From NCBI GenBank assembly GCA_030141605.1, contig JAQGDQ010000348.1, positions 124,001-188,000 of the forward strand: a stretch of DNA of 64,000 nt, read 5' to 3'. The notes under the pieces were generated by a model. That model ran no database searches, was not told where the DNA came from, and worked only from the letters and a program-made list of their open reading frames with translations. Origin of the DNA: Tubiluchus corallicola (lineage: Eukaryota > Animalia > Priapulida). Below are positions 14,344 through 28,895 of this stretch, in pieces (the first letter of the stretch is position 1; the number at the start of each line of letters is the position of its first letter). A program made the position numbers and the translations under genes.

Positions 14344-14893
14344 CTGCAAGTAGTGCGATTACACCCTTGCATTGTTTTTTAACTCGCCCCTAGATGGCAG
14401 ACAAAAAATTGCTCAGTCACCATAGCAACGTCAACTTTAGCTACAGCAGGACAATGAACATAGCAGCTGGGGGTCACAAACATCATGGCAACCTATTGTT
14501 CCAGCTGAGCTGTGGTTTGCTGCTGTGTGAAATTTCACACATTTTTTTCATTACTGCACGAAGTTTATGTCCTACATTAGAATAAATAACATATTCCCGT
14601 TGGATATTTCATTAGTTATTTGAAGATACTGGCTGTTTTTGTTTAAGTAGGCAAATAATTTAACTACTTGAGAAAAATCCGCTGGTACCTCATGATAAAC
14701 GCTTCATTTACTGAACAAAACAGCGTAAAACATTTAATAAATTGCCGAAAGGCACAAAATCCAGAAACGATCTTGACACAAAAATGTGATCATTTCAAAG
14801 AATAAAAACTCTCTTAATAGATCCGTTTTTACTGTTTTTACCATCAAATACTCATTGTAACAAAATTATGAAATATTGTGTAAAAAGTGAAAT
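14344..14893 (+). mobile_element. Dispersed repeat family D, copy 2
   Basis: Colinear with 6641-7190. Confidence 0.85.
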
Positions 14894-15013
14894 CAGAAAA
14901 AAGGTATAAGATCTACATTACAGACTCGATAAAGCATACATTAACAAACAATCAGTATTCTTAATTTTGCCTAAATTTAAAACAAGTGCGCATTAGCCAG
15001 CATACAGGTTTAA

Positions 15014-15502
15014 AGGAAAACCGGACAATAGTGTAGACATTAGTTCAAAATAAAGTGCATTCAAAAATAAAATATTGAAAACTAGAACAGTTTATTTTTA
15101 AATGAAAGCTTAGATTAAATAATAATTATCTCGGATAGTTATATTTTTATTAAACTTTCAAAGCTAATGCGTTTCAGCAAATCCACTAAGACTGGCAAGG
15201 CTGACACATAGGCGTGGTACCATGACAAGCATGATCATGAAGTGCAGTGTACGTCTGTAACATTAGTGTGACGTAGAGCCAATTTTCGCGACATCACATC
15301 AGCGTCTTACAGCAATTTTCGCTTTCGCAAATGTGCTTGACGTGCAGGGAAGATGATTACCCTTTCACAAACTGTGGTTAGTTTGTGACGTAAGTGATAG
15401 ATGTGTTCGGTTGCCGTTAATTAACTTTTCAAGGTAATTGTTCAAACATTAAAAACAATTGCCAACTTTTCTAGGCAAGAAAATGTATATTTTAGGCAGT
15501 AA
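15014..15502 (-). mobile_element. Kolobok-like MITE family A, copy 3 (one end lost)
   Basis: TTAA|AGGAAAACCGGAC. Reverse complement of 5286-5814. Confidence 0.85.
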
Positions 15503-15782
15503 AAGAATTTCGTTTAAGAATTTCAGTACCGAAACTGCTTCTTAAGAACAGAAACGACTCATCTGTGAGTTATAAAAAAATATGCGTTAGTTTTTAAAAT
15601 GAGAATATCCTGGTTTCATATTTTATAATTTCTTGTAAATATTTTTGGTTTTAAATAAAAATTACGTATTAAATAAATAAATAAATGATATAGATGCTCA
15701 ATAATTACTTCTGTACTTTGTGTGGTATTGTGAGTACAATAGCTTTCTTTATTTCCATTAATGACCTACATAGTAATCTGAA

Positions 15783-15846
15783 GGAGGTCGTTAATGTAGG
15801 TAAGAAAAGGAAATGGTCCTAGTGTGAATCCTTGCGACACACCACA
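15783..15846 (-). pseudogene. Non-LTR (CR1/L2-like) reverse transcriptase remnant; decayed LINE may extend to about 17200
   Basis: - strand reads CGVSQGFTLGPFPFLTYINDL, compared with the RT consensus GVPQGSILGPLLFLIYINDL. Confidence 0.75.
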
Positions 15847-17389
15847 TCGCAGTTTGCATGTTAACTGCATATAAATCCTGTAATGCAGTTTATAAACTGT
15901 GATTATTTGTGATTTTCTTCAAGTTGAAAATGCTGAAGAAAAATTCAAAAATAGCGGTTGAAGTATCGTCTTTGCATCATCTGTTACTAAACATTCACCT
16001 GTGAGTAAGGAAAATATGTTACACAAGTCTCAAACATTGAAAACCCTTTAAACGTGTGAGGAACATTTTCATTATGAACGGAACTCATGATTGTTTGTTG
16101 ACTCTTTCTGTTTAAAAGTATTAACCTGCTGACTTAACCTGAAGACTGCAATATAGAAGTTGGGTTTTAGCAACTAAAACGCTGCAATACGAAATAATAG
16201 CAGTAAAAGGATCGATTGAGTTTAATAAACTGTTTTACAATCATTATAAAATGGTGAGACGACCTTTACTCGAGGAATCTCTCGTTTAGTCTGAGATTTT
16301 TGCTTGGTTTTCAAACTCTGAGAACATGACAGTCTTCCTTGACTTTTTAGCAGCATAGATAATGTTTGAGTGTGATACGGTGGAAAATTTTAGTTTGGCT
16401 TTGTTTTTAGCTGAAATAATTATCTATTACCAAAGTTTTTTATACTTTTTCCAATTGTTTATTAACTTTATTCTGCATGGAGCGCTACCGATTTTCTTAA
16501 AATACTCGCCAAAATTTCAGTTCTTTCTGAAGAAACCGAAAGTGCATATAGTATTCCAAGGTGTTTATTTTACTAGAGAAATACTTGATCAGACCAGGCA
16601 CTCGACAGACGAACTGACTTTCTTGTAAAGCTGTATCAAGTGTCATTCTCTAGTTAAAACATCCACATTTTTAGGCGGAGCAAAAACTGGTCATCTTAAC
16701 TGAGAAAATGTGGTTTACCAAAGCGGTAAAAAGCCATTGAAACCCACAGACAATGATAATAAATCAGCTGATAATGAAAATCACAAGAAGACTTTACCGA
16801 GTTCTATAAATCCTTCAGTTTTCCTCTTTTGACAGCGAAATGCAAACCTAAAGCTTGGAACTTAATATGTTTTCTTACGGCTTTAGTGCGATTGATGAAC
16901 TTAATAAACGAAACCCTTTAAACGGCATCAACAAATGATGGTTTTGCCGAGTTGTGAAGCCAGCTGTTGAAATGCCCTATTTCAAGGAGGTCGCTGGAAA
17001 TAGAAAATCCGAGCAGTCAGCGGGAAACAGCTTTGGGTCATGTTGATGTAGTGTTCTTTTGTGGTTTTTCTACTGCAGATGTTTACAAACATTGAAACCT
17101 GCTTCTGGGGGCGGAACCAGACCGAGGTTGGGAGAGAAGGTTTGACTCCAAACAAACGGTACAAAAGTCGAAATCGCGTAAGAAGTTTCTGAATTGCTAC
17201 ATGATAATTCAAATAAAACTAACTGTTTTCTATTCAGCACTCAATTCTTATTTATTCCAATGTTATTTGTGAACGCTACTAATTTCAAATAACTTATTTA
17301 CAGTTCTCAGAAGTTTACCTATATGAATCATGAAAAGTGTTTACATCTTTACGATTATACACAAGACTCTACCGTGAACAAACTACGAT

Positions 17390-18030
<641 letters not shown>

Positions 18031-18429
18031 TTCACACATTTTCAAGTGCATAGAATAGTATAGAATAAATCAGAGGTAGAGTTAGTCTAGACAAGACATA
18101 ATATGTCTGCTTACAAGAAGTTTGTAGGAATGAATGAATGAATATACGTTTGCCTAGAGTTTATAGTAACTGTTAACATTTCATAACTAAAATCCTTCAC
18201 CACTTTGTGGTTTTGAGAAAAGTTTGGAGCAGCACCTTCCCATTTTCTTAATTAAACTTTTTACACCCCTTTGCAAGGGTTTCCAAATGAGCCATGAAGT
18301 TGCCTTGTTAAACAGGCCCTTAAAAATTTAATGAATCCACTTTCAACTGTTTTGCATTCTATAGTCATTAGTCACCAGCATGTTAATAAAACCAGATATC
18401 AAAATGCAAGTGTGTCTATTGGAACTTAA

Positions 18430-18957
18430 AGAAAAACCGGACGATTGTGTAGATATTAGCTCAAAATAAAGTATGTTCTAAAATACCGAAAAGTGCAACA
18501 GCTTTTTTTAAAAACAAAGCTTAGATTAAATAATAATAACCTCGGATAGTTAAATTTTGTTAAACTTTCAAAGCTACACGCGGCTCAGTGAATCCACTGA
18601 GACAGGAAATGGCGCCTTTTTTGTCACATTCACGTGGTCGACAAATAGGCGCGGTGCCGTGATAAGCACGATCATGAACTGCAGTGTTCGTCTGTGACGT
18701 CATAGTGACGGATACCTCATTTTCGTGACATCACATCGGCCTCTTGTCACATCTGTCGCGCAGGAACGATGTCTACCATTGAACGAACTGTGATCAGTTT
18801 GTGATGTAAGAGATACCTGTGTTTGTTGACATTAATTAAGTTTCCAAGGTAGTTATTGAAATATAAGAAACAATTGCTAACTTTTATAGGCAAGAAAATG
18901 TATATTTTGGACAGTAAATTAAAACGAGATTGAGTTTAACCAATCGTACGGTTTCCT
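18430..18957 (-). mobile_element. Kolobok-like MITE family A, copy 4
   Basis: TTAA|AGAAAAACCGGACGATTG...CAATCGTACGGTTTCCT|TTAA. Confidence 0.88.
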
Positions 18958-19413
18958 TTAAAAAAACCTTAGTTCAGTTACTCAGTAGAAAAATTCAACA
19001 AAATCTAGACCCATACGGTTGATGGTCGAGCGATGAGAGTAAAAAACTGTTTCGAAAATAGCTCGTGCGTCAATCCCAAAGACATTTATTTAATGTTGTT
19101 TATTGAAACCACGTGTAACGCGTGTTGGGAAACTTTCTTAGCCCCAGATCTGTGGAGTTAAAGAGGTGTTAATTGATGCAAACTAACTGAACGAGTGCCA
19201 CTTTCATTTGAACATCAGGTTGTCATTAGAGACCGCTCAGAAGCGTCACAAGCTCGTCTTAACCGGATTAGTGCCAAGTGTTACAATAATCCACTTAGTT
19301 TCGAGAGTATGGCTTCTCACAAGTGATTGCGCTACCTTTTTGATGTGCAGCCATTTTATTCTCGTTAGACACGTGTAATTTCCACAGTAAACTAGGTTTT
19401 TTCAAAGGATACA

Positions 19414-20090
19414 TTTGAGCTTTGCTTCGAGTTGATTTTTTCATTTTTTATTTGGCTTTTATTTCGCCTTGCTTCGAGCTGATTTTTTCATTTTTTATTT
19501 GGCTTTTATTTCGCTTTGCTTCGAGCTGATTTTTTCATTTTTATATGCCTTTTCTTTTGCTTTGCTTCGAGCTGATTTTTTGATTTTTTTGTTTGCCTTT
19601 TCTTTTTCCATTTTGTTTTGCTTTGCTACGAGCTGATTTTTTCCTTTTTTTGTTTGCCTTTTGTTTTGCTTTGCTTTGAACTGATTTTTTCATTTTTTTG
19701 TTGGCCTTTTCTTTTTCCATTTTGTTTTGCTTTGCTACGAGCTGATTTTTTCCTTTTTTTGCTTTGCTTTGAGCTGATTTTTTTTATTTTTGTTTGCCTT
19801 TTCTTTTGCTTTGCTTTGAGCTGATTTTTTTGTTTTTGTTTGCCTTTTCTTTTGCTTTGCTTTGAGCAGATTTCTTTTCTTTTTTTTTGGTTTGCATTTT
19901 GTTTTCTTCGCTTTGAGCTGATTTTTTGAGTTTTTGTTTGCGTTTTGATTTGCTTTGTTTGAACCTACTGATGATTTTTGTTTGTCTTTTATTTTGCTTT
20001 GGTTTGAGCTGATTTTTTTCATCTTTTCTTTTGCTTTGCTTTGAGCTGATTTTTTGCTTGCTTTTTTTTGCTTTGCTTTAATTGATTTTG
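19414..20090. repeat. T-rich minisatellite, about 40-55-bp variable unit with core TTTGCTTTGCTT(C/T)GAGCTGATTTTTT
   Basis: Core recurs about 15 times. Confidence 0.9.
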
Positions 20091-20459
20091 CATTTGGATC
20101 TTTAGATACAAGATATTTTAGCTTTGGTATTTTTTTTGCTTTTACATTGTACTTGTTTGTATTACAAATTTTTGCCTGCTGTTTGCAGTAAACATGTTTC
20201 TGCTTATGGTTTCTAATTTTTGAACTTGTGCGTGATAGATTAATTCTAATCTGCTGTTAAAGTTTTCACATTCTAATTTAGTGCTTCAATATTCTGTAAT
20301 TATCTATCCAATTCTCTACTGTTAATTTTTTTAATTAGTAATACTAGTAAAACCAAGTATCTTCAGTACAACTAATTTAACTCGTTTTCTTTTAGAAACT
20401 ACAGGACATTATCTTATCACATAAAAGTATCAAATTGATCTATTCAAAAGTAACAAGTT

Positions 20460-20960
20460 AGGACTACTCAGAAATCCCGAATTAAATTCCAGAACATTTA
20501 ATTTGAAACAAATCAGAACAAACAATCACTTTGGAAATAATTCAATAGCAAAAAACGCCGTCCAGCTCTGGAATTCACTGCCAGTCGAAGTCAAACGTAT
20601 TGAATCATTAACCGCATTCAAAAGCAAAATTAAAGTTTTAATGATGTCAAGATCTGAACACGCTACTTACCAATATGACAACTTACACACTAATGCGGAA
20701 TTCATTTACCCCTGGTCATATTAAACTATTTAATTTTGCTCATAGTAAATTTGAAAATATGTGAAATATGTAAAGTTTAAATTTCAAGTTATATTTTTTT
20801 TTAATTATATTTATATTTTTGCACCTGTTTTTGCACTGACGCATTTGCCTCCAACAATGTATGTTTTTTAACTTTCACTGATTTGATCATCTTAATATTT
20901 TGTTATAATTCTCAATATTTTAGGCAAATAAAGATATTACTAATATGCTACTACTACTAA
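20460..20960 (+). mobile_element. 3' remnant of a CR1/L2-type LINE
   Basis: ORF 20503 contains LWNSLPVEVKRIESLTAFKSKIK, the typical ORF2 C-terminal WNxLP...FK motif. It is followed by a T-rich UTR, AATAAA and a (CTA)n tail. Confidence 0.75.
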
Positions 20961-21046
20961 AAGTTTGCGCCTATTGAGAAAAATAATCTGTTCTTAAAAA
21001 AGAAGTAGCTGAGCTAGTGACCCTTCGGTCTTTTGCAGTTCCTATT

Positions 21047-21342
21047 CATTATATTATATTGTATTGTATTGTATTGTGTTGTGTTGTGTTGTGTTGTGTT
21101 GTGTTGTGTTGTGTTGTGCTGTGCTGTGCTGTGCTGTGCTGTGCTGTGCTGTGCTGTGCTGTGCTGTGCTGTGCTGTGCTGTGCTGTGCTGTACTGTACT
21201 GTATTGTATTGTATTGTATTGTATTGTATTGTATTGTATTGTATTGTATTGTATTGTATTGTATTGTATTGTATTGTATTGTATTGTATTGTATTACATT
21301 GTATTACATTATATTACATTATATTACATTATATTACATTAT
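21047..21342. repeat. Compound pentanucleotide array (GTATT/GTGTT/GTGCT/GTACT/ACATT)
   Basis: Read directly. Confidence 0.97.
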
Positions 21343-21822
21343 TCAAATTTGCTATTTCTGTATATTGAAATGTGAAACGAATCTTGAAGAAACAAAATTG
21401 AATTGAATTGAATTTATTTAAAAAGATTGCGCTCTCGGTGAAAGTAGAAGCAGTCCTTTGTAAGTGACATTGTCTAGTGACCTTGCCAAAGTCACAGGGT
21501 TTTTCATCAGTAAGTGTCTTGCAATGATTTGTTTTTCATCACTTGCGCCCTCTGTAATTGGATTCTATAATTGGTGTTTTAAACCTGACAGCCTGTTAGT
21601 AGCGGCTGTTTGTACAGAATAGAAATTTTTGCTTCAATTGTTCTTGCTGATGCCTGAAACTGACAACGAAGTTATAAATCCGTGCCAATCTATTTATAAT
21701 CATGAGATTTCAATCTGAAATATAATAGACTTTGAGACAGATTGTACGAAGTGTCGACTGTCTTTAGTCATGAGTATTCATTGTTGGCCGAGGATCGAGC
21801 CAAATCGTTACTCATCTGGTCT

Positions 21823-21998
21823 TTGTTATTGTTGTTGTTGTTGTTGCTGCTGCTGCTGCTGCTGCTGTTACTGTTGCTGCTTCTGTTGCTATTGTTGTTT
21901 GTTTGTTGTTGTTGTTGTTGCCATTGCCATTGTTGTTGTTGTTGCTGTTGCTGCTGCCACTGTTTTGTTGTTGTTGTTACTGTTAATGTTCTTGTTGT
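21823..21998. repeat. (TTG/CTG)n microsatellite
   Basis: Read directly. Confidence 0.93.
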
Positions 21999-22108
21999 GG
22001 ACCACTTTTTTGAAAAAGTCTAAATTTGCAATGGATCGTCAAGAAACTTTACGTCAACATACTAGAGCAAATTTCCCACCGATTGACGGAGTCGCATTTT
22101 TGTCAACA

Positions 22109-22483
22109 AGCCTTTTTGCGGTTCCAGCAATTGACGATGATCGTGAAAAGTCAAAGGTTAAGTGTGAACGCATTTGTGTACACTTGACAACACCTCGCAG
22201 CCCATGCTATTGTAATAGTAACAGTTTTAACAGCTAGCTAGAACCTTACCTAGTTCATTTTTTCTTGTTCCCAAGTAAGTTCCTGCTAGTAAATCACTCA
22301 ACGACTAATGAATAATTAAGTAAAGTGCACGTAAAACAACTGAAGTTACTGAACTGACTCAGCAGACGGTTTTGCTTTTCACACATGTCATGTGACAATT
22401 GCAGTTAAGAAGCGTTGTTGTGATTCACTTCATCTTTGACCTGACGCAACTGCGCGTGCGCATAACGAAACTGCAAAAAGGCT
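22109..22483 (-). mobile_element. TA-flanked MITE family G, reverse copy
   Basis: Reverse complement of 39550-39935. Ends AGCCTTTT...AAAAGGCT|TA. Confidence 0.85.
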
Positions 22484-22679
22484 TATTTTTTGCGGTGTAA
22501 TGTGCTAATTAAGAAAATTATAGTGTTTTGTAATTACATTGGTCAGCCTACTAAGCAGTTGGGCAGTTGTAGGTCTATCCACTAGTACATTCTTATAATC
22601 AACTGGACTGCAATAGCATATTTTTGTCTACATGTTTTCGAGTTTAAAACAGCTGTAATTTAAAAAGTAGAATTGACCA

Positions 22680-22935
22680 AATGGTTTGTTGGTCTGGTGG
22701 TAACGCGTCCGCTTTCCGTCAGGGACGTTGTGAATTCGGCACTGTGGCCGGGTTATATCAAAGACTTTAAAAATGGTACTTGCCATTGCCCTGCCTGGCG
22801 CCTTTTATTTAGGGCAAAGTTGGGTAATAGTAGTCTCTGCTATGTAGTCGTAGTTTGTTATTTACAGTCGGCGGTAAGAGCTCTTTGAAGCTTATGTTAA
22901 TTGTTTATCTTAAAAACCGACTTTAAATAAAAATT
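22680..22935 (+). mobile_element. tRNA-headed SINE with a Meta-domain-like core
   Basis: A box TGGTCTGGTGG (22690) and a degenerate B box, then CCGGGTTATATCAAAGACTTTAAAAATGGTACTTGCCATTGCCCTGCCTGGCGC. The 3' end runs into an (ATT)n tail. Confidence 0.7.
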
Positions 22936-23217
<282 letters not shown>

Positions 23218-23658
23218 AGATCCCGGTTTCCAAATTAAGAAAATTTTCCACCTCAGCAATAACATCTAGAAATATTATTATAATCTTTTGTCCTACGTAT
23301 CTGTCATATACACAAATTTGCACAGAAGAAACAAACTAAAACGTAAGAAAAGGAGAATATTGATTTATTGTCCACAGAGAGGATATTTTATATGGACGTG
23401 TTTCATTGTCGCTTCGCCATTAGCTCGTCCCATAATTCATAGCTGTGAACAATGTACATAATAACGACGCGCAATGAATTATGGGTATTGTCTGACGAGT
23501 CATTATCATCTTCACCATCCACATTTTCTGCATTTTAATTTACGATTCTCTGTTGCACTAAATTTGGTTTTATGTTTGTGCGTCAGAGACAGTCCTCTTT
23601 CACAGAACTGGATAAATAATGGGAAGAAGGCTGAAAAGAACTGTCGGCTTCTTATCAG

Positions 23659-23659
<1 letters not shown>

Positions 23660-23741
<82 letters not shown>

Positions 23742-23767
23742 TTCTCTCTCTGTGGCTTTCTCTCTCT
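23660..23767. repeat. (CT)n microsatellite
   Basis: Read directly. Confidence 0.97.
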
Positions 23768-24641
23768 TGGTCCAAGAGGTAATAAGAACACATGATTCAA
23801 TAAACGATTCTCTTTCCTTCCTCCTTCTCTCATTCTCTCAGTGCTGCAAAATGCTGACGTCATCAAAACGAGCGTCCAATCGTATCTCACGTTCACTTAT
23901 CCAGATTGAGAAATCCCAGAGTGAACGTTGGATGCTCAACTATTTATTACATCGCCGCAATAATGGACTATTTACGAATTTATGACACGAAGTTATGCGT
24001 TTCTGCCTCACGAGGTTTCTCATTGATAGAAAGGTGTAGATTAAAATGCCATAAAGCTGGGGCTAATGGTGCATTGTGCGTGTTCTACTCTACGGGGGCT
24101 CTGCCTTCCGAAACGTTTTTCCTTAAACGAAGGTGGAGAGCGTAAATGGATGCTGTTTACACTTCCCATTACTTCCACTTTAACGACATACACGCAAGAA
24201 ATTTTGAGGCACTTAAAAGCCACTGCTTACATGGTTTACCCTGGATTTTGTGCATCAGTGTCTTTACCCCCTATAAGACGCTAACAGAATATATTCTAAC
24301 GGCTAAAATTATTGCTAACTGTAAAATATTCCAATGCATACATGACTTTATATTACGTACTAAACGCTTCCGGTAATTTCTATGAAATGCATCAGTCTTA
24401 AATATTCGTACATTAATATTTTCTAGCCGTCATTTCCTACTAATGTCTAATGTAATGTTATAGTAAAACTTGTCAGCTTGTGTAGTTATAGTCTATTCTT
24501 ACTCTAAATGTTTTTGTAAATAGTGTATAAAGTCTGTTGTGGTGAGGATCCTAAATCATGTTGTTCAAACTGCCTGTTCCAATCCTATAATAAATTATGT
24601 TTAAACTAACTAAAATTATTGCGATTGTTACTGCGCATTAC

Positions 24642-25229
24642 CAGTAGCGAATCGTGTGTAGGTACCGTGGAGCTGCAGCACCCCCTATTTTCACTCAATA
24701 TTATCGATAATATTCAATATAATAAGTCATTTTTCTTTAGTCCTTTCTTTATACTTGTATGGAACCAGAGCACGTGAGGGTAGTACTGTTTGCTTCACAG
24801 CCCAGGCGCTCACATCTCCAGCAACGTGGTGTTTGGCTGTTGTGCGCATGCGCCCATAGCACGTGAGCGTAGTACTGTTTGCTTGACAGCCGAGCACAGT
24901 GCGCTCACAGCTACAGCAATGCGGTGTTTGGCTGTTGTGCGCATGCGCACATGTCTGAGCCCAGGTAGAGAAAGTACTGTCGCTCATACAGTTTGTTGTC
25001 AGTTGTCACGTGCTTACAGTGAATGGATCAAGCTTGCACTGCGACAATTTAGGCTAGTAGCAAACAAAAAATATTTTTTGTTTAGGATTTTATCAAGTTT
25101 ATGTATAAACGTTCGTATGTTTGTTTGTTTATAACTACAATTACAAATTACATCATTAAAATTACATATGTTTGTTTCGTTTTCTGAAGCAGCACCACCA
25201 GTAATTTTAGCTATGAGCCGCCATGACTG
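24642..25229 (-). mobile_element. hAT-like MITE family C (reverse of 49897-50447)
   Basis: Colinear reverse complement with degenerate CAGTGGCGGCTCGT-type termini. Confidence 0.8.
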
Positions 25230-26153
25230 TAACGCCCACTCTTTAGAACTGAAAAGTTGCAGTAAATATTGTAAGTACGCTGCATTAAAGCACAAGAAAA
25301 CTCTCTTCTTACATAAAACTTTCTATAAAATTTCTTAAACCTTTGTACCACTTATGTACTGCCATATTGCATACCAGTAACGCTGCATAAAACTTACTGT
25401 TACACCCGCGCACAGCCATTTTGATGATAAATCATTTGAAACAAGTTTAGATGACACTAAGTAAAGTTTGAAAAACAAGCATTTGTAGCACAACGGTAAT
25501 TTAACTAAGTAAGATTTCAGATTATTGTATTTCTCAATAAGATTAAAAATACAAAAGTGAGTCATACATAAATCTTTCAAGCAGGTAAGCGAAATGCTAA
25601 GTAATATAACTTTGCATACAAAGTTTTTTGGGACATAATTCAACATTTCCTCTTCTTCAGTAATATAGTAATATTTTACTAAAGAAGAATATTATTACAC
25701 AATTACTATATAAAATATAGTAATATATATTCTATGTATATAATTCAGTAAAAAGTAATATAGTTTTTTGAAACCTGCTTCAAAAAACTAAAGTGGTACT
25801 TTAGCATAATATTAGAACTACTTTTAAAGTTATGTTGTACAACTTATACTTCGCAAGGGCTTATGTACGTCGTGAAATTCGTTTCTGCTATCGTATCTGT
25901 TGTATGGGTTTTGTAAATTTTAATTAAGTATTAACTAATGAGCTAGTCGTATTTTTGAATTAACTGTTTTGAGTCATTACATTCTCGAGCTAACTAATTG
26001 TATATAACTATCCTTGACATGTTTCTGCACTACATACAGTGGAAATACTGTGATCAGTAATAGATGCTACTGTGTTGTAAATCCACTCAAAATAAGTAAA
26101 GTTTTCATATATAGAACTATTTTCTTTTGTTGCAGGTACCATGACGTGACGCC

Positions 26154-26840
26154 ATGGGTCAGCGACAAGCCAAGAAGCAGATAGAAGAAGGTATTCATCT
26201 TTACAATGGTCATCATCAAGAAGAGGCGGTGAAGAAGTGGAAACAAGCACTTCGCAAGATCACAAACAAGCAGGAGAGATTCGCCACACTGGGTTATTTG
26301 GCTGCTGCCTACTCAGACTGGGGAAAGTACAGAGATATGCTCATCTACAGTATTCATCAAATAGATCTGGCAAATGAAGCAGACAACTGTTATATGAGGG
26401 CCGAAGCTTACTTAAATTTAGCCAAAAGTAACGAGTTACTGGGTGAATACCACAAGGCGGTTTCTTACTGCAGACATAGTTTACAAAATCCTCCCAAGGA
26501 CCCACGTTGCCATGGTTACGTGTACTTGTGCATGGGCAACGCCTATTTCGGTTTTAGTAACTTTTCTAAAGCCATAGAATACTACGAGCACGGCATGCGG
26601 GTAGCCAAACAGACTCAGGACAAATCTCTAGAACTTCAGGTACTGGGTGCCTTGGGAACGTTTTACATTACGCTAAAGGACACAGAACGTGGCTTGAGTT
26701 TCCATACCAAAGCCGCTGATTTAGCGAAAAGTTTTAATATATGTGATCTAGGGTCCAAATATCAGAGGATAACTACTATAAACATGGCGACGCCACTCCG
26801 GCGGATAGGACGGCTCAACGAAGCGCTGGAATATTGCGAG
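26154..26840 (+). CDS. RAPSN: Rapsyn (43 kDa receptor-associated protein of the synapse), coding exon 1, 229 codons: myristoylation start and TPR repeats
   Basis: MGQRQAKKQIEEGIHLY... closely resembles the rapsyn N-terminus (MGQDQTKQQIEKGLQLY). ATG in gccATGg context. Acceptor ttgcag at 26134-35 implies the exon starts at 26136. Donor GAG|gttagt at 26841, phase 0. Confidence 0.97.
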
Positions 26841-28895
26841 GTTAGTACTATCAAATTTCAGTAGGACATGTTCGAAAGTTTGCTTTTAGTACGTGTTTTC
26901 TTAAACTAATGAACGAGGTGGTTCGTAAGGACTCGTTGCTGAAATGTAAATAATTATAACTAAGCGTATTAGTTTAGTTTAGTCTAGTTTATTAACTCCT
27001 TCGAGACCGTACCATTCAAAATAGGTCTTTAAGACACGTATGACTTTTGTGCTACTGTATGAGCACAGACATAACTAAATGATAACAAATTAGGTAATGT
27101 TCTATTCAGAAGAACCTCGGCTATCCAATCACGCTACTTGTTTAAACATTTGTAGATTAATTGGATTAAACATTTGTAGAATTAAGAAAAACATGCCCTT
27201 TTCAGGCATTCTAATTTAGCCTATTGGGGAGCTTAGTCTGGTGTACACTTGCATGATCGTACACACTAATTTGTTGATCGCCTGCTTGCTACAGCCTAAA
27301 CTGACTGTGCAATGTTCTGCTGCTATTCCAGGAAAAACCAACCAATCAGCCAAGGACAAATTAAGGTCATTTCATCTTTTAACAGGAATTTCTCCTTAAA
27401 AATAGAGTAGACTTGAGGCCAAAGTGAATCAGGGTGTTGTCTCGATAGAAGAAATTTTCCGCATTAGCCAATTTCACACAAGTGATACTATATATTGTCA
27501 TAATGCATACACTGCAGTCGCTGAAAGCTTTTTTTCAATTTATTTGTCAAAAATCAATTTTTAATTTGTCTAAGGTAAGCAAGGGCATTTTCATGTATAC
27601 TTTGCATCAAAATCCACTGTGTGAATAGAAATCTACAAAAATGATCAAATATAATGTAATCGTTGCTTAGTCAGAGCAGTTTTCATGAACCAGTGCAAAA
27701 TGCAGCAAAGGCTTACGAAGGAGTTAGCACATTTCACCAACACTTGACATGATTATAAACATGAAATGAAGCTTATACTACATTACAACGAACAAAGTAC
27801 TTTTACAATATCCTCAATAGTGTGCAAACAACAATAAAATATGAATGGTTGGCTGGTTGGTAGGTTAGCTATACTGCTTGGATGGTGTTTGGTTGACTAG
27901 TTGGCTTGTTGATCGACTGACCACACGCCGACTGAATCCTTGAGAAAATTACACCTCGTAGCGCTGAAACCGTGAAAGCCCATTATCACTAGTGTAATAA
28001 CGAATCTAATTTGACATTATTGAACTGGATGCCTTAATTAACATGCACTTTGGAATCAGACAGCTCTACTGAAGCCATGTTAGGCATACCTCCTGCACTC
28101 AGGATCGTATCAAGACTCTACGACGCCCTTGGCTGATAGTTCTGTCCTTCCTTCTCTATTGTGAATTTGTGGTTGTTTATGTAATAAGGAGATTAAACAA
28201 TTACTTGTGGTGTATTAGAAACACTATTAACCTAGTTTCTACGTGGTCATTATTAATTACATGTATTTGTATAGCGCTTATATTCATGTAGGCTGCACGA
28301 CTGCTTGTTGTGCGATTCCTTGCACCTGATCGTTATGTGGCACTCATATAAAAGTTGTGCTCAGTAACTGCCTGTAGTGTGTTATAAAATGCGCTCTTTA
28401 CATGAATATGAAAGTATACACATTGCCAAGGAGAATGAGCATTGTTTTCTAAAATGTGACGCCCCTCGAACTTTGGCACCCTAAAGCTATAGCCTAGTTA
28501 GCCTATTGGTTAATACGCCCCTGCCTGCACCGATGCAGACTTCTCTGACCCAATATTCAATGATCTTCAACGTTTTACCATTGTTTGTTAAGAGTAAACA
28601 CTGCTGAGTTGTTCGGGCTGAATGACAAGCCAGCAACTTAGCATGGTGGTCTCCAAGAGGACGAGGCTCCTACTCGGCAAATACGGGAACATTGACTCAG
28701 CGCTATTGATTGGGAAGAAGTCGATGGACGTCACGTCCATAAGTGCCTTGTCTTTCCTGCTATAACTTCACTTATGACTCCGTATTGCATTAGATGAAGT
28801 CCTTGCGTAGATGCCATTAATATGACTCAATGAAAAAGTCGGTACGAGTGTGCCTATAAATAAATTCAAAGCAGAGATAGAAATGCCTGGTTTAA

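Noticed and set aside
26841-26864. ORF-track tails such as VSTIKFQ* (also the ends of ORFs 39367, 47606, 57938, 59868)
   Set aside because: Read-through into introns past clear GT donors, not real C-termini.
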